Part shown: piece by piece, positions 14,887 to 26,051 of the stretch
Layout of the letters: each line of letters starts with the position of its first letter
Numbering within the stretch: the stretch's first letter is position 1
From: an uncultured delta proteobacterium
GTDB taxonomy: Bacteria > Desulfobacterota > Binatia > Binatales > Binataceae
Assembly (NCBI GenBank): GCA_963842085.1
Contig: CAWJET010000001.1
Coordinates: 1,440,001 to 1,504,000, forward strand
Direction: 5' to 3'
DNA: 64,000 bases
Program-made: the position numbers and the translations under genes
The notes under the pieces: generated by a model
What the model saw: the letters and a program-made list of their open reading frames with translations, nothing else
Databases searched by the model: none
Told to the model about the DNA's origin: nothing

Positions 14887-15510
14887 TTATCCTCCAACGC
14901 GCGCGAGTTTGGTCGTGCGGCGGCGCAGCGTGATTGCAGCGAACACCGTTACCGCAACCGCTAGTATGGCGAGCGCCACAAGCATCCAGAAGTACGCTTC
15001 GACCTCGGTTCCGAACACTGCCGCCAACGCCAGCACGGCGCTGACCCAGTAGAAGCTGCGGTCCATGTGCACGCCTGCCATGAAACAGGTCACGGCGAGA
15101 ATCACCAATGTCATCAGGGCAACTGCGTCGGCGTCCATCTGTCCGCGCGCGAGTTGCAGAAAAATTATCCGCACCGCGACGATCGGTCCGAGCCAGTGTA
15201 GCGCTTGCCGCAAGATCCGCTTCCACACCGGTCCTTCGTGGCGACTTGGCCCGAGCAGTTCGTGCCAGAGGCTCACGCCGAGGAAGACCGGGAACATCGC
15301 GCTCCAGTAAAACCGCGCCTCGAGGTGATTCACGTTGGTCAGGAACAGACCGACCATCACGAGCACGCATAGCACGCCGACGATTAGCAGCCGTCGCAGC
15401 AGCACCGCTTCGATCCTGCTCGTCCACGCCGGCGCCGGTGGCGTCGCGATCGTTGGCTGATCGGGCGGACTCTGCGCAATGTCTTTTGATTCCGTTTCGT
15501 TCACCGTCAT
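14887..15510 (-). CDS. Hypothetical multi-pass membrane protein
   Basis: About 6 hydrophobic helices; co-oriented between the carboxylase and DUF502. Confidence 0.7.
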   Translation of the reverse strand: MTVNETESKDIAQSPPDQPTIATPPAPAWTSRIEAVLLRRLLIVGVLCVLVMVGLFLTNVNHLEARFYWSAMFPVFLGVSLWHELLGPSRHEGPVWKRILRQALHWLGPIVAVRIIFLQLARGQMDADAVALMTLVILAVTCFMAGVHMDRSFYWVSAVLALAAVFGTEVEAYFWMLVALAILAVAVTVFAAITLRRRTTKLARVGG

Positions 15511-15582
15511 ACCCTGATGACTCTAATGTCGATCGCGATCGGGCAGCCAGCAGACCAACATGCGGTGCGGGGCGACATCCCG

Positions 15583-18500
15583 TCACCAGGTATCGACGTT
15601 GGGCCGCTTCTTGTCGGCGCGCGGCGCCTTGGGCGGCGTCGAGCGCAGACCCGCCACGATCCACTTGCGCGAGTCGAGCGGATCGATGACGTCGTCGATC
15701 TCGAAGTGCGACGCGGTGTTGACCGCCTTACCGTGGCGATACATTCGCTCCACCATCTCGTCGAACAATTCCTTGCGCTTGGCGGGATCCTCGACCGCGG
15801 CAAGCTCGTTGCGATAGCCGAGCTTCACCGCGCCCTCCAGTCCCATGCCGCCGAACTCGCCCGTCGGCCATGCGACCGTGAAAATCGGCGCCTTGAAACT
15901 GCCGCCCGCCATCGCCTGCGCGCCCAATCCGTAGCCCTTGCGCAGTATGATCGTAAAAAATGGGACGCTGACGTTGGCGCCCGTCACGAACATCCGCGCC
16001 GCGTGACGCACCAGTGCGGTCTTCTCGACCTCGGGGCCGACCATGATGCCCGGGGTGTCGCACAGGAACAGCAGCGGGATGTCAAACGCGTCGCACAGCG
16101 CCATGAACCGCGCGGCCTTGTCGGCGCCGTTGCTGTCGATTGCGCCCGCGAGATGCACCGGGTTGTTGGCGATGAGTCCGACCGGACGGCCTTCGATCCT
16201 GATCAGCGCCGTCACCATTCCGGGGCCGAAATGCCGGCGTATCTCGAGCACCGAGCCGGTGTCGGCCAGGGTCTCGATGACCGATCGGACGTCGTAGATG
16301 CGAAGCCGATTCTCGGGAATGATCGTGCGCAGCAGACGCTGGTCGGCGCATTCCCAGTCGCGGACTTCGCCCTGAAAGTACGATAGGTACTTCTTGGCCA
16401 CTAGTACTGCTTCAGCTTCGTCGTTAACGGGAATGTCTACCACGCCATTAGCTACTTGCACGTCCATCGGTCCCACTTCTTCGGGGCGGAAGATACCCAG
16501 TCCGCCGCCTTCGATCATCGCGGGACCGCCCATTCCGATGTTGGATCCCTTGGTCGCGATTACTACATCGCAACATCCAAGCAATGCTGCATTGCCGGCG
16601 AAGCAGCGGCCCGAGTTGATACCCACCAGCGGGACCAAGCCGCTCAACTTTCCCCAGTAGTTGAACGCCATGCAGTCGAGTCCCGCGACGCCCAGCCCGT
16701 CGGTGTCGCCGGGACGTCCGCCGCCGCCCTCGGTGAAGAACACCACCGGCAAGCGCGACTTCTGCGCGATTTCGAACATCCGGTCTTTCTTGCGATGGTT
16801 CTGCTGCCCCTGGGTGCCGGCCAGCACGGTGTAGTCGTATGACATCAGGATGCACTGCGCTTTGGATTCCTCGAACAGGTCGCCGTTGACGCGCCCAATC
16901 CCCGCGACCATCCCGTCAGCCGGGGTATTCTTGATCAGGTCCTCAATCGTGCGCCGCCGCCGCTGCGCCGCGATCACCAGCGGACCGTACTCGACGAACG
17001 TGCCCGGGTCGCACAGGTCGTTGATATTTTCGCGCGTGGTGCGCTGCCCGGTCTTGCGCCGGCGCGCGACCGCGTCGGGCCGCGCGGCGTCGAGTCCGAG
17101 CGCATGACGCTCGACCACTTCCGCCAGGTCGGGACGCACGCGATCCAGGTCCACTTCCCTGGTTTCGGCGCTTTGCGTCGTTTCGACGTCGGCTTCCTCG
17201 ATGAACGCCAGCGGATGTCCTTCGAAGATTGCGTCGCCCGTGGCAACCGTGATCCGCCGCACGATTCCGCTCTTGTCGGCCGCGATGACGTGCTCCATTT
17301 TCATCGCTTCCATGACGAACAGTTGCCGCCCGCGATGCACGCGGTCGCCTTCGCTGACATCGATCGAAACGATCGTGCCCTGCATCGGAGCCTCGATGGC
17401 GACCGTATTTTCCGGCGCCGTGATGTCGTGCGCCTGCGGCGTCACGACCGTGGTGGACGCCGCAATTGGCGACGGCGCATTGCTCGCGGATTTGCCGTGA
17501 TGGAGCACGGCGAGCGGATCGCTCGCGTCGATCTTTGCTCCCGCGCGCCGTTCTCCGCCATGCCCGGTGCCCGCTCTGGGAGCCGGCTTTGGCTGATCGA
17601 AGAACAAACGCCGATGCTCGGATTTTTCACCGACCAGCTCCGCGATATTGTCCTCGACGAAGCGCGTGTGAATGCGGTTGGCGAGGAACTCCGGATGCCG
17701 CAGCAGGCTCTGGAGGAATCCGATATTTGTCGGCACGCCTTCAATTCTGAACTCGCATAGCGCGCGATAGGTCTTCGTCACCACGTCGGCGAAGTCCGCC
17801 GAATGCGAATGCGCGATCAGCTTGGCCAGCAGCGAATCGAAGTTCGGGCTCGTCGTGTATCCCGTGTACGCGAACGAATCGGTGCGCACCCGCGGTCCCG
17901 ACGGCGCCTCGAACGCGGTGATCGTGCCGCCCGCCGGCTTCGCGCTGCCGTCGGCGCGCATCGATTCCATGTTGATTCGCACCTGCATCGCGAACCCGCG
18001 CGGCTTGGGAATGTCCGCCTGTTGCATCCCAAGCTCCGCGAGCGAGCGGCCCGCAGCCAGTTGAATTTGCAGCTTGACGAGATCGATGCCGGTCACCTCT
18101 TCCGTGACCGTGTGCTCGACCTGGAGCCGCGGGTTGGCCTCGATGAAGGCGAAGCCCGCCTCGTCGTTCTGCGCGGGCGCGTCGCCGTTGACGAGAAACT
18201 CGAACGTGCCGAGGTTGTCGTAACGCACCTCCTTCGCCATCCGTACCGCGGCGGCGGTCAGCCGATCGCGGAGCGCCGGCGCGAGCCCCGGGCTCGGCGC
18301 CATCTCCACGATCTTCTGATTGCGGCGCTGGATGCTGCATTCGCGTTCCCACAGATGGCTGACGTTGCCCGAGACGTCGCCAATGATCTGCACTTCTATG
18401 TGACGCGCGCGCGGCATCAACTGCTCAACGTACACGTCGCCGTTTCCGAACGACGTGCGCGCCTCCGACTGGCAGCGCTTATATGCGCCCTCGATTTCCT

Positions 18501-19026
18501 CGACGCGCGAGACGGCGCGCATCCCACGTCCACCGCCACCGGCCACCGCTTTGATCATGATCGAAGCGCCCTCGCCCAGCGACAAAAAAAAGCGCCGCGC
18601 TTCGTCGAGGCTCGTCGGCCCCGAGGTACCGCGCAGAATCGGCACGCCGCATCGCTCGGCCAACGCTCTCGCCTGCACCTTGTTGCCGAAGAGCTCGAGC
18701 ATCTCGGCGCGCGGTCCGACGAAAGTGATACCCGCGGCGACGCATCGCCGGGCGAAGCCGGCGTTCTCGCTGAGAAACCCGTAGCCGGGATGGATCGCGT
18801 CGCAGCCCGCGTCTGTGGCGAGCGCAATAATCTGTTCTCCGTCGAGGTACGCGGCCGCGCCCACGCCGCTTAGACGGCGGGCCTCGTCGGCCTTTCGCGT
18901 ATGCAGCGAGGTGGCATCGTCGTCCGGGAAGACCGCCACCGTCCGGATGCCCATCTCGGCGGCCGCGCGGATGATGCGAATGGCGATCTCGCCGCGGTTG
19001 GCGATTAGAAGACTGTTCGGAGTCAT
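15583..19026 (-). CDS. Single-chain biotin-dependent acyl-CoA carboxylase (BC-BCCP-CT)
   Basis: LIANRGEIA, HPGYGFLSEN, RLQVEH (BC); EAMKM biotin site; YDYTVLAGTQG and CDTPG (CT); start at ATG 19026. Confidence 0.92.
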   Translation of the reverse strand: MTPNSLLIANRGEIAIRIIRAAAEMGIRTVAVFPDDDATSLHTRKADEARRLSGVGAAAYLDGEQIIALATDAGCDAIHPGYGFLSENAGFARRCVAAGITFVGPRAEMLELFGNKVQARALAERCGVPILRGTSGPTSLDEARRFFLSLGEGASIMIKAVAGGGGRGMRAVSRVEEIEGAYKRCQSEARTSFGNGDVYVEQLMPRARHIEVQIIGDVSGNVSHLWERECSIQRRNQKIVEMAPSPGLAPALRDRLTAAAVRMAKEVRYDNLGTFEFLVNGDAPAQNDEAGFAFIEANPRLQVEHTVTEEVTGIDLVKLQIQLAAGRSLAELGMQQADIPKPRGFAMQVRINMESMRADGSAKPAGGTITAFEAPSGPRVRTDSFAYTGYTTSPNFDSLLAKLIAHSHSADFADVVTKTYRALCEFRIEGVPTNIGFLQSLLRHPEFLANRIHTRFVEDNIAELVGEKSEHRRLFFDQPKPAPRAGTGHGGERRAGAKIDASDPLAVLHHGKSASNAPSPIAASTTVVTPQAHDITAPENTVAIEAPMQGTIVSIDVSEGDRVHRGRQLFVMEAMKMEHVIAADKSGIVRRITVATGDAIFEGHPLAFIEEADVETTQSAETREVDLDRVRPDLAEVVERHALGLDAARPDAVARRRKTGQRTTRENINDLCDPGTFVEYGPLVIAAQRRRRTIEDLIKNTPADGMVAGIGRVNGDLFEESKAQCILMSYDYTVLAGTQGQQNHRKKDRMFEIAQKSRLPVVFFTEGGGGRPGDTDGLGVAGLDCMAFNYWGKLSGLVPLVGINSGRCFAGNAALLGCCDVVIATKGSNIGMGGPAMIEGGGLGIFRPEEVGPMDVQVANGVVDIPVNDEAEAVLVAKKYLSYFQGEVRDWECADQRLLRTIIPENRLRIYDVRSVIETLADTGSVLEIRRHFGPGMVTALIRIEGRPVGLIANNPVHLAGAIDSNGADKAARFMALCDAFDIPLLFLCDTPGIMVGPEVEKTALVRHAARMFVTGANVSVPFFTIILRKGYGLGAQAMAGGSFKAPIFTVAWPTGEFGGMGLEGAVKLGYRNELAAVEDPAKRKELFDEMVERMYRHGKAVNTASHFEIDDVIDPLDSRKWIVAGLRSTPPKAPRADKKRPNVDTW

Positions 19027-19163
19027 ATTTCTCTCGTCTCGTTTCAGTGCGCTGAATCCCTGGCCTGAATTTCTATCTAAAGCATGACGAACCGCCCGCG
19101 CGAAAGCGGCCACGTTGCCGCCGGTGTCGAAGCACAGCTATAGTTCTCGACGACTCTGATCGT

Positions 19164-20054
19164 ATGCGATTCCGCATCAAACACGTAACTCGGTACGTTT
19201 ACGAACAGCCCGCCTCTCATTCGCACAACGACGTGCGGCTCACTCCCATCGACGCGCCCGATCAGAAGCGGCTCGCCTTCAGGCTCGAGGTCAGTCCGCG
19301 GGCGGAGATCTCCGAGTATCGAGACTCTTTCGGCAATCTCACGCATTCAATCGATATCGTGCCGCCTCATACCGAGCTGGTAATCAGCTCGGATTCGCTG
19401 GTCGAGCGGCTGGTGCTGCCCGCGCCACCGCCGCCTCGAATCACGGTTGGCGATTATCTGGCCGGCGATACGGCCAGGATGCGGGAGCACGGAGAATTTC
19501 TGAATCCCAGCCGGTATGTACCGTTCAGCGATCGGCTGCGAAGATTTTTCTGGTCGGTGCGGCCACAACTGTCCGAGGATATCGCCGGGTATACCGAGCG
19601 CATGATCCTTTACGTGCGCAATCAATTTGGCTACGACGGCGGCGCCACTCACGTACACTCCACCGTTGACGACATACTCACCATGGGCGGCGGAGTATGC
19701 CAGGATTTTGCGCACCTCAGCATAGGCCTGCTCCGACTGGCCGGCATTCCTGCCCGCTACGTTTCCGGCTATCTCGCCCCTGACCCTCACCGCAGCGCCA
19801 GCTCTGGACCTCCTGAACTGGCCAGCCACGCGTGGATCGAGGCGCTATTGCCCGGCACAGGATGGACCGGATTCGATCCGACTCATCGGAGCCGCACGAT
19901 GATTCGCCACATACGCCTCGCTGTCGGCAGGGATTACAACGATCTACCGCCGGTATCTGGCGTCTATACCAGCGCCGGTGGCGGCCGGTACATGGCCTAC
20001 GAGTTAGAAGTGAGTCTCGCGAGCCGCGTTGGCGCCGACGCGTTGAATGGATAG
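19164..20054 (+). CDS. Transglutaminase-like protein (Bact_transglu_N + core)
   Basis: GVCQDFAH, SHAWIE, GFDPT catalytic C-H-D triad. Confidence 0.88.
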   Translation: MRFRIKHVTRYVYEQPASHSHNDVRLTPIDAPDQKRLAFRLEVSPRAEISEYRDSFGNLTHSIDIVPPHTELVISSDSLVERLVLPAPPPPRITVGDYLAGDTARMREHGEFLNPSRYVPFSDRLRRFFWSVRPQLSEDIAGYTERMILYVRNQFGYDGGATHVHSTVDDILTMGGGVCQDFAHLSIGLLRLAGIPARYVSGYLAPDPHRSASSGPPELASHAWIEALLPGTGWTGFDPTHRSRTMIRHIRLAVGRDYNDLPPVSGVYTSAGGGRYMAYELEVSLASRVGADALNG

Positions 20055-20072
20055 GCGCGCAGCGGCGGCGCC

Positions 20073-20951
20073 TTACGACTTGATTTCCTCGGCACCGTCC
20101 AATCGCTTCGAGAGATCGATTGGATCGCCCACTGTCACCTGGCTTGGATCGACCTGGTAGGCCCATACATCGAACCTGGTCAGGAGGGCGGGTCCGTACA
20201 CTGTTGCAAAGGCGCACTCGACCGCGTCGAGACCTTGCGCGATCTTTATTCGGCCTATCCTGGGTTCGTTGTAGCGAGCGTCAAAGACATGCCATTGGCC
20301 GCCTAGATACACTTCGCTGTAGGCGTGAAAATCCATCGGCGAACCGGGATCTACATGTCCTATGTCGGGCAGATGACCGGTGACGTATCGCGCCGGTATG
20401 TTTAAGGCTCGACACAGCGCAATCGTGCAATGAGCAAAGTCGCGGCATACACCATAGCCTCGTTCGATCACTTGCGCGGCGGAAATGTCCGGCCTCCCCG
20501 AACCAAAGCGGTATTCTATGTTGTTATGAACCCAATCTGAGATCGCCTGCACGCGCTCGCCCGCGTCGTATATGGATCCGAACTTATCCCTCGCAAACGC
20601 AAACAGCTTGTCTGAGTCGCAATATCGGCTAGGTAGAAGGTAACGCAGAAACGCCGGCTCGAGCGTGGCCACGGACGGAGCGTTGCCGAATTGCTCGGAC
20701 TTGTCCGATGCGGTGGACACGTCTACCAGCGCGTCGTGCTGAATCCGGTTCAGTCCAGTTCCGAGAATCACCCGGTAGGCGACGTTGCCGTCTGCGTCGA
20801 CGAACGATTCGGACTTGGTAGTGCTGCCGAAATCGAGAATTTCCTGCCGTATGGGACGGTCGGCATCCAGGCGCGGATTGACCAACAGTATAACCGTCGC
20901 AGACGATTCGCATTCAAAGTGAATACTGCAACCGACCCGCACCGTAAGCAT
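20073..20951 (-). CDS. Transglutaminase-like protein
   Basis: YLLPSRYCDSD, GVCRDFAH, DFHAYSE, FDAR; start probably the ATG at 20951 (MLTVRVG). Confidence 0.85.
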   Translation of the reverse strand: MLTVRVGCSIHFECESSATVILLVNPRLDADRPIRQEILDFGSTTKSESFVDADGNVAYRVILGTGLNRIQHDALVDVSTASDKSEQFGNAPSVATLEPAFLRYLLPSRYCDSDKLFAFARDKFGSIYDAGERVQAISDWVHNNIEYRFGSGRPDISAAQVIERGYGVCRDFAHCTIALCRALNIPARYVTGHLPDIGHVDPGSPMDFHAYSEVYLGGQWHVFDARYNEPRIGRIKIAQGLDAVECAFATVYGPALLTRFDVWAYQVDPSQVTVGDPIDLSKRLDGAEEIKS

Positions 20952-20980
20952 CCGGCACCTGCAAAACACAACGCGAATAG

Positions 20981-21604
20981 CTAGCCGCCATTGCGGACGC
21001 GATCGAAGAATTCCGCGAACAACGAAAGATAAAGCGAATCTCGTTCCGGATGATATTGCACCCCGATGGCGTAAGGGTACGAACGTAGGCGCGCTTGTTC
21101 GACTATTCCGTCGCTCGCCGACCAGGCCTCAACTTCAATTCCGTCGGCCAACCTCTCGAGTGCCTGATGATGCGAGCTGTTTACCGCCGCGAATCGGTGA
21201 ACTGCCGTCGCGCTGTGCCTGAGCGGCTGGATGTTCGCCGTGTCCGCGTTGTCATGGCCGGGAATGTCGATGTGCAAGGTCCCGCCCGTCGCGACATTCA
21301 GCACCTGCAAGCCGCGGCAGATAGCAAGGATGGGCTTTCCTGAAAAGAGCATCTCGCCGACCGCCTTGAACTCCCACTCATCGCGCTCCAGGTCGGTGTC
21401 GACAATCAATGACGGTTCCGCGACCGGCTGGCGCAGAAAGCCGGCTGAGATGTCGCCGCCGCCCGTCAACATCAACGCATCCACCTGGCCCAGATCGACC
21501 GGATGCGTCCGCGCGTTCAGCAACGTCAGATGCGGATAACGGCTGAATATAAGCGCGAACCAATGTTCGTCGCATTGGCGAATCCACGTCGCGATACTCG
21601 GCAT
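20981..21604 (-). CDS. Peptidase C26 / gamma-glutamyl-GABA hydrolase-like class I glutamine amidotransferase
   Basis: LTGGGD, AICRGLQ, VNSSHHQ, GVQYHPE. Confidence 0.85.
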   Translation of the reverse strand: MPSIATWIRQCDEHWFALIFSRYPHLTLLNARTHPVDLGQVDALMLTGGGDISAGFLRQPVAEPSLIVDTDLERDEWEFKAVGEMLFSGKPILAICRGLQVLNVATGGTLHIDIPGHDNADTANIQPLRHSATAVHRFAAVNSSHHQALERLADGIEVEAWSASDGIVEQARLRSYPYAIGVQYHPERDSLYLSLFAEFFDRVRNGG

Positions 21605-21766
21605 TTCTAACCTGTCCGGAAAACTTCGATCATAGCCTCGACGACGACAAACGCCCGCTCTTGAGACTACGGATGACTCGCGATTGTCGCAAATTCACCG
21701 CGGCTCCGCTCTTGCGACGAATCGGCGCGCCACCTATTTACAGTGTCACCGCGAGGGGCGGTGAGC

Positions 21767-23473
21767 ATGAAGATTCCCCGGTTTGCGTCGGCGGCGATGA
21801 TTGCCGCACTGTGTTGCACCGCCGTGGTCGGCCTGGCCTTCGCCGCCGACTCTCCCGCGCCAACTCCAAGCGCGGCGCAAGTTGCTCAAGGTCCGGGTGA
21901 CCTCGGCGCTCTGATCGCCGCCGGCACGCTGCCAGACTTGCGCTGGCCGAATTTCAGCGACTACCGCGACGATGTTAAAAAGTTCTACGGCGCCGGTGGC
22001 AATTTGCTCGCCTGGATCCAGAACGGCAAGGCCAGCCCTCAGGCCGCCTCGATGATATCGCTCTTTGAGCAGGCTGCGTCGAAGGGCCTCAACCCCGAAG
22101 ACTATGACGCATCGCGATGGGACGCGCGGCTCGCCAAGCTCCAATCCACGGCCCCGAAGGCCTCCGACACAGACCTTGCGCATATCGATTTGGCGCTGAC
22201 CGTATGCGCGATGCGCTACATTTCCGACCTGCGCGTCGGAAGGGTCAATCCTCAACACTTCAAGTTCGGCCTGACGGTCGGACCCAAAAACTATGACCTG
22301 GCCGAGGAGCTGAGGACGCAGGTGCTGACGGCGTCTGACATTCCCGCTGTCATCGCGAAAGTCGAACCTGACTATGACGGCTATCGACGCGCCGAGGATG
22401 CGCTCCTCACCTACTTGAAGATGGCTGGCGCGGGCGATACTCCGCTCATACCCGTACCGCAAAAAGGCGTGCGCCCCGGAAATTCCTTTGCGGCGATGCC
22501 TCAGTTGATCTTGCGCTTGCGTCAGCTCGGAGACCTGCCCTCCAATGCCGACGTGCCCGCCGATTCGACCGTTTACGCGGGTGCCGTCGTCGCCGCCGTG
22601 AAACATTTCCAACGTCGCCATGGCTTGGATACTGACGGTGTGCTGGGTAAGGGCACCGCGACCCAACTGAACGTGCCGCTCAAGACTCGCGTGCAACAGC
22701 TCCAACTCACGCTGGAACGATACCGCTGGATACCGCCGGGCTTTCCCCAGCCGCCAATCGTCGTCAACATCCCCGAATTTCGACTACATACTTTGCGTCG
22801 CCAGCCTGCCGACTACCTAACAATGAAAGTAATTGTCGGCAGGGCCATGCGTACGCAGACGCCCGTGTTCGCAAATAGCATGAAGTACGTGATCTTCCGC
22901 CCGTACTGGCTTGTACCGCTCTCGATCCAGCGCGCAGAGTTGGTGCCAAAGACGCGGCGCGATCCTGATTACCTGGCAGATCACGGATTCGAAGTAGTCG
23001 ACGGAAGTGGCAACGTCGTGCCTTCATCGCCGGCGTCGGACGAGGTCATAAGCGGGCTCCGTTCCGGCGCACTCAGCGCGCGACAAGTACCGGGACCCAA
23101 GAATGCGCTCGGCCTGGTCAAGTTCATATTCCCCAATCAGTACAACGTTTACCTGCACAGCACGCCCGAGCAGGAGCTGTTCTCGCGGTCCCGCCGCGAC
23201 TTCAGTCACGGATGCATCCGGGTAGAGAATCCGGTGGCTCTGGCGGCGTGGGTGTTGCGCGGCAAGCCCGAGTGGACGGTGGACAAAATTCGCGCAACGA
23301 TGAACGGCGATACAACCGTACAGGTGAATCTCGACAAACCTATTCCAGTACTAATTCTCTATAGTACTGCGGTAGTCGAACCGGACGGCGAAGTCCGCTT
23401 CTTCGATGACATATATGGCTACGACAAGTCGCTGGAAAAGGCACTCGCGAACGGCCCGCCGTATCCGAGCTGA
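21767..23473 (+). CDS. L,D-transpeptidase, YcbB/LdtD type
   Basis: Signal peptide, PG-binding domain (AVKHFQRRHGL..DG), VYLHST...SHGCIRV catalytic motif. Confidence 0.9.
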   Translation: MKIPRFASAAMIAALCCTAVVGLAFAADSPAPTPSAAQVAQGPGDLGALIAAGTLPDLRWPNFSDYRDDVKKFYGAGGNLLAWIQNGKASPQAASMISLFEQAASKGLNPEDYDASRWDARLAKLQSTAPKASDTDLAHIDLALTVCAMRYISDLRVGRVNPQHFKFGLTVGPKNYDLAEELRTQVLTASDIPAVIAKVEPDYDGYRRAEDALLTYLKMAGAGDTPLIPVPQKGVRPGNSFAAMPQLILRLRQLGDLPSNADVPADSTVYAGAVVAAVKHFQRRHGLDTDGVLGKGTATQLNVPLKTRVQQLQLTLERYRWIPPGFPQPPIVVNIPEFRLHTLRRQPADYLTMKVIVGRAMRTQTPVFANSMKYVIFRPYWLVPLSIQRAELVPKTRRDPDYLADHGFEVVDGSGNVVPSSPASDEVISGLRSGALSARQVPGPKNALGLVKFIFPNQYNVYLHSTPEQELFSRSRRDFSHGCIRVENPVALAAWVLRGKPEWTVDKIRATMNGDTTVQVNLDKPIPVLILYSTAVVEPDGEVRFFDDIYGYDKSLEKALANGPPYPS

Positions 23474-23508
23474 TTAGCCACTCCAATAGTCACTCGCAAA
23501 TACATATT

Positions 23509-24345
23509 TCAGATTACGCCGTGCTCTTTGAACCAGGCCTGCATCCGCTTCCATCCATCCCTGGCGGCTTCCGGGTTGTAGCTTGGACGATAGTCGGCGT
23601 TGAAGCCATGACCGGCATCCGGATAGATCACGATTTCCGACGGCTTGCCGGCGGCCTTGAGCGCGGCGCGCAGCTGCTCGATCTGCGCAACCGGGATTCC
23701 CATGTCTTTACCACCGTAGAGACCCAGAATCGGCGCGTTGATCTGATTCACCAAATCGATCGGATTCTTCGGCCTGAGATCGGACGGCGGAAACCGCAGC
23801 GGCCCGTACCATGCGACTCCAGCTTTTAGCGCGGGGTTGTGCGCGGCATACAACCAGACCTGCCGGCCGCCCCAGCAAAAGCCGGTGATGCCGAGTTTCG
23901 TGGTGTCCGCCTTACCCGTGCTCTTCGCCCATGCCACGGTAGCGTCGAGATCGGACGACACCTGTTGGTCCGGTACTTTGGCGACGACCTTGACGATGAT
24001 CTGCTGGACGTCACCCATGCTCGCGACATCGCCCTGGCGCGAATAGAGCAACGGCGCCACCGCGAAGTAGCCGAGCTTGGCCAGCCGGCGGCAGATGTCC
24101 TTGATATGTTCGTGGACGCCGAAGATCTCGTGCACCCCCAGCACGGTCGGAAAGGGCCCTCCGCTCGCCGGCATCGCGCGATAAGCGGGAATCTCGCCGC
24201 CTTCGACCGGAATCTTGACCTCGCCGGCGATCAGTCCGTTGCTGTCGGTCGTAATGGTCTCTGCTGACACCGGCATCACCGCAAGCGCAAAGCCGGCCGC
24301 GAGACTTCCCACCACGAATGCGCGGCGCGAGATTTGAGTTTTCAT
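23509..24345 (-). CDS. Dienelactone hydrolase family protein with Tat-like signal
   Basis: SRRAFV Tat motif, HEIFG, GFCWGG, AGHGF; start at ATG 24345. Confidence 0.88.
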   Translation of the reverse strand: MKTQISRRAFVVGSLAAGFALAVMPVSAETITTDSNGLIAGEVKIPVEGGEIPAYRAMPASGGPFPTVLGVHEIFGVHEHIKDICRRLAKLGYFAVAPLLYSRQGDVASMGDVQQIIVKVVAKVPDQQVSSDLDATVAWAKSTGKADTTKLGITGFCWGGRQVWLYAAHNPALKAGVAWYGPLRFPPSDLRPKNPIDLVNQINAPILGLYGGKDMGIPVAQIEQLRAALKAAGKPSEIVIYPDAGHGFNADYRPSYNPEAARDGWKRMQAWFKEHGVI

Positions 24346-24368
24346 ACCTTCCAGTTTCTGCAAGGCCG

Positions 24369-25316
24369 TCAGCTGGAACGCAAGGGAGTTTCCCGCATGA
24401 ACCGGATCGTGTCTTCCAAATCGCGGATGCCGGCGTCCGAGCCAAGGCCTTGCGCAACCAACGCCGCCGCTGCATTGCCGAGTTTCATGCACTCCAATGG
24501 CGGCCATCCGGACCGCAGCGCGCGAATGAAGCCGGCGCAATATGCGTCCCCGCATCCCGACGTGTCGACTACCGCAATATCGTGCGCCGGCAGATGCACC
24601 CGGTCGCGCGCCGTCGCCAGGAAGCTGCCGTCACCGCCCATTGTGAGAACAACGCCGCCGACGCCGAGGTCGAGCAATCGCGAGGCTGCCTCCTCGGGCG
24701 TGTGGGATTCCGTCAGCCTGCAAGCTTGATCGGCGTTGGGCATGAACCAATCGACGAAAGGCAGACACGGCTTCAGGATGGCAAGCAGTTTGGGCGAGCC
24801 TTCGCTCAGGATGTCCATGCTGGTGGTCGCGCCGCCGTCGCGCGCGCGCTGGAGTATCTGCGCGGCCCCTTCGCGCCCGAGTCCACGCATCGAGTCGGTG
24901 CCGCCGAGATGCAGATGCGACGCGCGCTCGATGAGCGGCCACGGGACGTCGTCGATCGAATATACGGCGTTGGCTCCGATTGCGTGAAGCGCGGGCCGGT
25001 CGCCGTTTGGCCTGATCGGCAGGATGCTCGCCGAAGTTTGGACGCCGCTCTTGCGAACGACGTTGCTGGTATCGACACCGAAGCCATTCAGCGCGCGAAT
25101 TAGTACGTCGCCAAGAGCGTCGTCGCCGACCGCGCCGACGGTCGCGACCGAGAGTCCCAACTTCGCGAGCCCAACTGCTGTGCCCGCTGCAGCACCTGCC
25201 GGCGCCAGCCGAATCTCGTCGAGCAGCACGCTGCCCTGGCCTTCGGGAATGTGCGTGACGTAGCGGCCGAGGATGTCGAGGACGTGCGCGCCGAGCGTCA
25301 CCGTCGTGCCGCTCAT
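24369..25316 (-). CDS. PfkB/ribokinase family carbohydrate kinase
   Basis: GAVGDD and [10 protein letters not shown] signature. Confidence 0.9.
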   Translation of the reverse strand: MSGTTVTLGAHVLDILGRYVTHIPEGQGSVLLDEIRLAPAGAAAGTAVGLAKLGLSVATVGAVGDDALGDVLIRALNGFGVDTSNVVRKSGVQTSASILPIRPNGDRPALHAIGANAVYSIDDVPWPLIERASHLHLGGTDSMRGLGREGAAQILQRARDGGATTSMDILSEGSPKLLAILKPCLPFVDWFMPNADQACRLTESHTPEEAASRLLDLGVGGVVLTMGGDGSFLATARDRVHLPAHDIAVVDTSGCGDAYCAGFIRALRSGWPPLECMKLGNAAAALVAQGLGSDAGIRDLEDTIRFMRETPLRSS

Positions 25317-26047
25317 TAGTGACTTGGCTCCGGCTCGCGAACCGCTTGCATCCGCGCGATGCGGCGTTCTTCCTTGCGCTCGATTTCGCGATCCTGCCGC
25401 GCGATGACCGCGGCGTGAAGCTGCGCCACAGTCTTTTCAGGAAGAACGGTCACCGGCTTGCCGGTCGCCAGCGCGTGCATATAAATCGTGGCGGATTTTT
25501 CGAGCAGCTCGACGAAAGTGAACGTCTTGTCGAGATCGGTGCCGATGCAAAGCGTGCCGTGGTTCTGCATTATGTAGCAATGGCATCGATTCGCGAGCTT
25601 GCGCGCGACGTTGTCGTGCAGTTCGCGCGAGCCCGACAGAGCATAGGGCACGACGTCGATCGTGTTGCCAATCGCCAGCGTGACTTCGTCGAACAGCGGC
25701 GGGATTGGCAGGTTCAGCACGCTGAGCGCGCTCGCAAACGTCTGATGGGTATGAATGACAGCGCTGACGTCGGCGCGCGCCTTGTACGTCGCGACGTGCA
25801 TCGGAGTCTCGATCGACGGTTTGCGCTCGCCCTCGATTCGCGCGAGGTCGAAATCCACCACGCAGATGTCCTCGACCGTCATTGCGTCGTAGGGAAGGCG
25901 CGTCGGCGTGACAACGACGGCATCCTCGCCCTCGACGAGCAGCGAAACGTTGCCCGCACTGCCCGACTTCGATCCGAAGTAGCCGTCTGCCGACAGGCGC
26001 CGGCTGATGCCAAGGACTCGCCGCTTGTAGTCGTCGTAGCGTCCCAT
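25316..26047 (-). CDS. Class II aldolase/adducin family (fuculose-phosphate aldolase-like)
   Basis: AGNVS, PSIETPMH, HTH, QNHG Zn ligands; stop overlaps the kinase start. Confidence 0.88.
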   Translation of the reverse strand: MGRYDDYKRRVLGISRRLSADGYFGSKSGSAGNVSLLVEGEDAVVVTPTRLPYDAMTVEDICVVDFDLARIEGERKPSIETPMHVATYKARADVSAVIHTHQTFASALSVLNLPIPPLFDEVTLAIGNTIDVVPYALSGSRELHDNVARKLANRCHCYIMQNHGTLCIGTDLDKTFTFVELLEKSATIYMHALATGKPVTVLPEKTVAQLHAAVIARQDREIERKEERRIARMQAVREPEPSH

Positions 26048-26051
26048 CTAA

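Noticed and set aside
14879-15664. 493-aa extended DUF502 ORF
   Set aside because: The extension is an alternate-frame shadow of the 14887-15510 gene.
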